Below are positions 51,578-57,584 of a stretch of 57,584 bases of DNA, piece by piece. A program made the translations under genes and the position numbers. Positions within the stretch are counted from its first letter, which is position 1. Every line of letters begins with the position of its first letter. Origin of the DNA: Octopus bimaculoides. Taxonomy: Eukaryota. Where the stretch lies: assembly GCF_001194135.2 (NCBI RefSeq), contig NC_069000.1:45549957-45607540 (forward strand). The letters are read 5' to 3'. The notes below the pieces were generated by a model, which was not told the origin of the DNA, did not search any database, and saw only the letters and a list, made by a program, of their open reading frames with translations.

Positions 51578-52512
51578 GACAGACAGACAGAGATGTATTT
51601 GTATGGATATATATAAATACATAACCGCACACACACTCACATACAGACACATGAAAAAGTGGAGAGAGATAGAGAAGTAGAGTGAAGAAAGTTAAACGAA
51701 GGCAACAACAGAATGCAACGAAGAAAGATACAGTGAAAGATTTTGGGAAAAGATGAATGAATGAAATAAATGAAGAAGGAAAATAAATTGAAATGAAGGA
51801 GAGGAAGAAAAGAGAGAAGCGATTAAAACAACAAAACATTGAAAGAACAATGGAATGGAAAATAAAGAAGTTATTTGAAAGAACCGGAATGAAAGAAAGA
51901 GAATGGATGGGTAGAAATTTGACAAGGAAAGGCGGGAGAAGAGAACAATAACAAAATAAAAGAAGAAAGAGAACATGATGAAAAATATAGGATAAAGGAA
52001 AGTAAAAGAAGAAAAGAAGGAAGAAGGGGAAGGAAAAGGAGCAAAAGTAAAAGTAAAGAAGGAAGACATAAAGGAAGAAAAAGAAAGAAGAGAGAAAGAA
52101 GAGGATGGTGGAGGAGGTGGAGATGAAGAAGAATAAGATGATGATGATGATGAAGAAGAAGAAGAAGAAGAAGAAGAAGAAGAAGAAGAAGAAGAAGAAG
52201 AAGAAGAGGGAGAAGAAGGAGAAGAAGAAGAAAATGATGATGATGATGATGATGGAGAAGAAGAAGAAGAAGAAGAAGAAGAAGAAGAAGAAGAAGAAGA
52301 AGAAGAAGAAGATGATGATGATGATGAAGAAGAAAGAAAAAAGAAGAAAGAAAGAAAAGAAGGAAGAAAAAAGATGACAAAGATTACGAAGACGAAGAAG
52401 ACGGCCGTGACGAAGAAAGTTTTGGAAAATGAAAAAAGAACGAAAATGTTTTGTGAAGAATGTTCGACTTACCGAAGATAGTGACAAAAAGAAGATAAAC
52501 AAGTGGAGACAT
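51396..52512 (-). CDS. candidate 5' exons of a second secreted-protein gene (52512-52473; partial exon ending 51396, its start in the gap)
   Basis: ATG exon MSPLVYLLFVTIF + g|GTAAGT, with TATATATAA and TGACGTC 70-80 nt upstream. The next visible exon end reads ...MPLQPANLRCSNNSFVF|GTAAGA. Downstream exons were not identified. Confidence 0.4.
52130..52380. repeat. (GAA)n/(GAT)n microsatellite within a purine-rich tract
   Basis: Seen directly. Confidence 0.95.
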
Positions 52513-52870
52513 CTTGTGGAGAAAAGCTACAAAGGCAGAATGATGTTAACACTCCAGCTACACTCCATATAACATCCCGTTATATATAGACGTCACTCAC
52601 ACTCACACTCACCACTCACCCTCACATTCTCTGACAGTCTCTGTTTCTTTGTAACTCCCTTTCTCTTCAGTGTACATTCACACACGCACACGCAAACACA
52701 CACAGACACACACACACACACGCACACACAAAAATGTATATATATAGTACATACATACATACATAAAATTCATACATAAATACATACATGTGTACGCGTG
52801 TGTGTGTGTGTGTGTTTGCATTACGAAACTCACATATATAAACAGAAACACGTACTAAATCCAACGTCAG

Positions 52871-52912
<42 letters not shown>

Positions 52913-53550
52913 TCACACATACACACACACATGCCGTGCACGCATATCCACACACGAGCACAAATGCTCCTTCAGACGCACACACAACACAATGATTTGC
53001 ATATAACCACAGATAGATTAACAGCTGATATATAATATTTCACCCCTCCCTCACACAAACATACACACACATAGACGCATAGAAACACATACACACACAA
53101 ATAAACACTCCTACACACTCAGACACACACTTAAGCGCGCACATACACTCACAGTTATTGACATATATACATATACGTACATGCATACGTATACATACAT
53201 ACTTATACACACGAATCTATATATATGCATATGTACATATACGCGTGTGTGTATTGTGTATTTGATGTATGTGTGTGTGTGTGTGTGTGAGAGAGAGCAC
53301 GCATGTGTGTGTGTGTGTAAATGCGCACTTTCTTTTCGGAACTCAGCCACATATATACACTGACAAACCTATTTATAAACATACTCCAATATATATATAT
53401 TTTTAAAATACAAGAATACAAGTGCTAACAGTCTATCCTCAAGATAGAGTTTTCGCAATGACGTGTCTTACATGTTTTTACAGCCTGACTGCATCCCTCT
53501 ATAGGTCGATCCAAATCTGACAAAAATTCCATTTGCTCGTCAAAAAACGA

Positions 53551-53622
53551 GACGCTGTGGGATCGAACCCGCGTCCTCGTGTTTGCAAAGCGAACTTCTT
53601 AACCATCTAACCATATCACGTC
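53551..53622 (-). pseudogene. tRNA-like relic (Ala-TGC-like or solo SINE head)
   Basis: 72 nt with an intact T arm (gcgggttcgatccc), ttgcaaa loop and downstream T-run. The D stem and part of the acceptor stem do not pair. Confidence 0.45.
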
Positions 53623-55406
53623 TACGACTCGGATTGCAAATTTATCTATAAGGAAAGAGGGAAGGTATTTATATTCATATATAGGCAATTCATAGAACAA
53701 AAATACTTCGAGCAAGTTTTGTATACAACATAATTGCTCGATTCAAAGTGCCAGGAGATTTATGATATAACGATACTATGAACAGTAATGAAGTGTTTAG
53801 AAATGGATACAAAATGAATGAAAGCGTGCGACGCAGGATACAAGATAATGACATGCATAGGAAAATAAAGAAGAAAAACAAAAATTATTGTATATCTAAG
53901 CTTATAGATTTAACAATAAAAGTTACAGATTGTAATTAAGCTCTATAACTCAGACAAATAGAACAGGGACCAGAGCGACAAAAAATAAAGAATTATACAA
54001 TGAGACTTTTGATTAAGGTGATAACGAATATAGAAAATGGGAAATAAGTAGCGCTAACAGATGAATATATAAAGAATAGATGATTCTTCACACTTTGACT
54101 GCGAAATTAATGGTAATGTCATTTGTTGCCGTTGGGCTTTTATTTATCTTCTCTCTCCATTAAAGAAAGTGAAATAAATTAAGAAATTATCGTGTACGAC
54201 ATTCAGTACACACTTGTTAAATATGTAAATAGTTGCCACTAGCTCTTTGGATTACATACGCACACTGAGATACTCTCGCACGCACACACACACACACACA
54301 CGTATGTATGTATATTTATCTATACACACACGCATATACGCATATATATATGTATGTATACATATACATATGTATTGTGTATATACTTACCTTTGTGTGT
54401 CTGTGAATCTGTGTGTATGACAGTTTATAACATTATCTGTATATGTATAATCGAGTGTGTGTATGTGTGTATGTGTGTGTGTGTGTGTGTGTGTATGTGT
54501 GCACGCGCGCGCTTATTTGCAGCTAAAAGGGAGATTGCATAACTTCACTTACCAATTTTCATACTCCATCTTTACCGGGGCCCCTTTCCCTGGACTGATG
54601 GAAGGGAGATTCGCCCCAAATATTTGCAACAGAATAGATTCTACTAAAGATAGCCCGAAGTGTCATTTAGTGGCGTAGACGTAATCCGAATGAGGGATGA
54701 AGTCTACCCCAACCCCATAGACTCCCATTCCCCATGTCGGGATTTGAACACAGAACGCAGAGACACACAACAAATATCGTAACGAATCCGTTCGACTTTA
54801 TTATGATTCTACCAATCCGCCATCTTGGATTGATGCTTTTTTTCTCGCCCCCTTGAAGGGGAAAAAAAACAGGCAAAGTTGATCTCGGCTGGATTTGAAC
54901 TCAAGGTCGAGAGTTAATACTAAGTATTATTCTATCCAACTGCCTGACGACTCGCCCAATTTACTGCCCGCACCACTTCTGACTGAATGACAAGCTTTCG
55001 GTCTTGTTATTTTCCTCCCTAAATAGAGTGGAAACATTATATATATGTGTTATCTACCCCCTCAAATCAACCCTAAATGAATGGGCCTAACATCAAAGGC
55101 TTCCGGCCGTCACCAGCTGCTGATACATACATACATACATACATACATACATACATGTGTGTGTGTATGTGTCTGTGTGTCTGTGTGTGTGCATATCAAT
55201 ATATAAAAGCGACTACTTCAAGATTATTTATGCATGCATATATAAACCGGAAGTTATGTCGCTTGAGAATTGGCACTGGTAGCATAAGTTTTTTAAATAT
55301 AGAAATTAGTGTATTATTTTAATTCATAGGCCTTGAATTATGTTTCGATACAGTTTATTTGCGCGCCCCCATCTCTCTCTCGCTCCCTCTCTCCCTCTCT
55401 CTCTCT

Positions 55407-55463
<57 letters not shown>

Positions 55464-55464
<1 letters not shown>

Positions 55465-56028
55465 AAGCAACCTCCAGTGCTTGAAAATGATCACATCGCA
55501 CTCCTCTGGAATTTCACCATTCAAACTGTCAGAAAGACAGATGCCAGACTTCAGACAAAAATCATGCCTCCTCATTGATATGACTGTCCCAATCGATATA
55601 AACGTATCTGTCAAGACTTACCAAAAACTGAACAAGTATAAAGATCTTGAAATAGAAATTGGCAAAATGTAGAACCTCAAGACTAAAACAATACCTGTTG
55701 TCATAGGTGCCCTAGGAATGATAGCAAAAAGGGCTGATTGCTACTTAGCTCAGATACCAGGAAACCCCAAAATGGCAGAAATTCAAAAGATAGTGCTCAT
55801 GGGAACTGCCCATATCCTACGCAAAATACTTTCTATGTAATCTCAAATTTTAAAACAAACTCATAATGGTTCCTTAGACATTGTTCCTAGAACAATACTA
55901 TGTACAAAACCAAACATATGGCACCCTAGGCATAACATCAGCATGAACTTCTAACTTATTGTCTCTTGAGGTCTCTGGGTGAGACTTGGAGCCAACTTGT
56001 ACAAATGCAAAGCAAAAGTCAAACATAA

Positions 56029-56030
<2 letters not shown>
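55464..56030 (+). mobile_element. 5'-truncated R4/Dong-like non-LTR retrotransposon inside a (TAA)n tract
   Basis: Translates CLLIDMTVPIDINVSVKTYQKLNKYKDLEIEIGKM*NLKTKTIPVVIGALGMI...GTAHILRKILSM*, then a 3' UTR. (TAA)n at 55408-55463 and 56031-56082. Confidence 0.85.
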
Positions 56031-56072
<42 letters not shown>

Positions 56073-57144
56073 TAATAATAATATTGTTATGTTAAAAACT
56101 ATGGTTTCTTGGATCGAGACTCTGGGTTTCACGATACCAATTATACGAGCGATTGAAACAGGGAGTGGCGTGACAATACATAAACAAAGATATTTGAAAA
56201 ATAAATCGATATTATAATTAGTTATCGAGATTAAGTTGGTCGCAGAATAGTCGTTACAATAATGCGTTGCACACTCATCAGTTCAATTGTCCTTTTCAGA
56301 GCACGTGATATACTCATTTAAACTGACCATAAACTCAGTTTTGCCTTCTAAGATGACCGTTCCTTATAGTTTATTCCTCTGTTTGAAATGACATTGCAGT
56401 CAGTTGTACCAGGTAAACAATCGATTCACTCAAGATGGCGCTAGAGTGACAAAAGCGGGCGCTACAGTGAGCTCTGTCGCCCAGATGGACCTGCAGTTAG
56501 TTTTAGCCACAACCTTAATAGAAACGCTGATATGACTGTATAAATAATTTATTAAATTATAACCTTAGGGGTTACAGGTTCAAGTTCACTCTAGATATTT
56601 CAGTGTACCCAGGGAACTTACGCAACTGAATAATAACCTACATTTTTCAAACAATGCCTGCAGGTGATAGATGTAAAATTGGAGAGAACTGAGGTAGCAC
56701 AACCACTTAAATTCCTGAAACTATAGTTAAATAGCTGTGTTAGTGAAAAGGTTAAGTTAGATAACAAATTAAACGACATCGTACAACAGAAAACTGGGGC
56801 AGCTGCTCTGGCTGTCAGTTGAGAGAGGTCAGACGATTTTACATGACAATGGCGTACATTCGATACCCTAACATTGCAGTCAAATTTATATCTTTAACAG
56901 ACATTAATTTTAATTCCACGCATATACATACATACATACATACATACATACATACATGCATGCATGCATACATAAATACACACACACATACATAATACAT
57001 ACATACATATATACATACGTACGTACGTACGCACAAATATACATACATACAGACACAGACATACATACATACGCACGTACGTAGGCACAAATATACATAC
57101 ATATATACATATATACATACACAGACACATAAACACTCTCACAT

Positions 57145-57209
<65 letters not shown>

Positions 57210-57584
57210 CACATGCATACATACGTGCATACATACATACGCACGTACATGCATACACACATACATGTATACATACATACAGAGACACAAACAAACAGGG
57301 CATACACTCTGTGGAGGACGTATCGACAGCAGCTGTTCAAAAATGTCAACGCGTTACTACTTCCTACCATGACATGATATCGTTGCTAAAACATTACCGC
57401 AAGCCATCTGCAGAAAAGACTGTTCTCGGATAAACAACTCTTCATACATACACACACACACACACACATACACATACTCACAGAGTGTCCCACCCCAAAA
57501 TGTATATACACTTAAACAGCAGATTTCTCAGTTTTCATTACTTATTAGGTTTCATTCTCCAGACTTAATGAAAGGAACCAGACC

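Noticed and set aside
51381-52502. 373 aa Phe/Leu-rich ORF and overlapping poly-Lys/Glu ORFs
   Set aside because: These are translations of (GAA)n/purine-rich and (GA)n tracts across an N gap.

Overview
This is AT-rich, microsatellite-dense eukaryotic DNA from a gapped draft scaffold. The repeat families and simple-repeat load suggest an octopus (coleoid cephalopod); this is an inference. Well-supported genes are an intronless class A GPCR (9740-10813 +), two identical tRNA-Leu(AAG) genes in convergent orientation (12517-12598 +, 15123-15204 -), and a complete six-exon SDHC (17096-25055 +, 173 aa). Hand-splicing also gave a phase-consistent six-exon minus-strand gene (34003 to 26315) for a ~154 aa Cys-rich protein with a signal peptide that I cannot assign to a family. 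A possible paralogue starts at 52512 (-). The rest is tRNA-headed SINEs of several families, Tc1/mariner relics, a pogo/Tigger-like MITE, restriction-like-endonuclease non-LTR retrotransposon fragments (one inside a (TAA)n tract), and simple repeats. The most unusual element is a tRNA-headed, SINE-like repeat in two copies (34341-34476 +, 40663-40968 -). It carries a minimal type I hammerhead ribozyme fold and has a 5' inverted copy of its own tail, as seen in Penelope-like elements. Most long ORFs in the supplied track are microsatellite or N-gap artefacts. SINE boundaries are approximate. No database searches were run.
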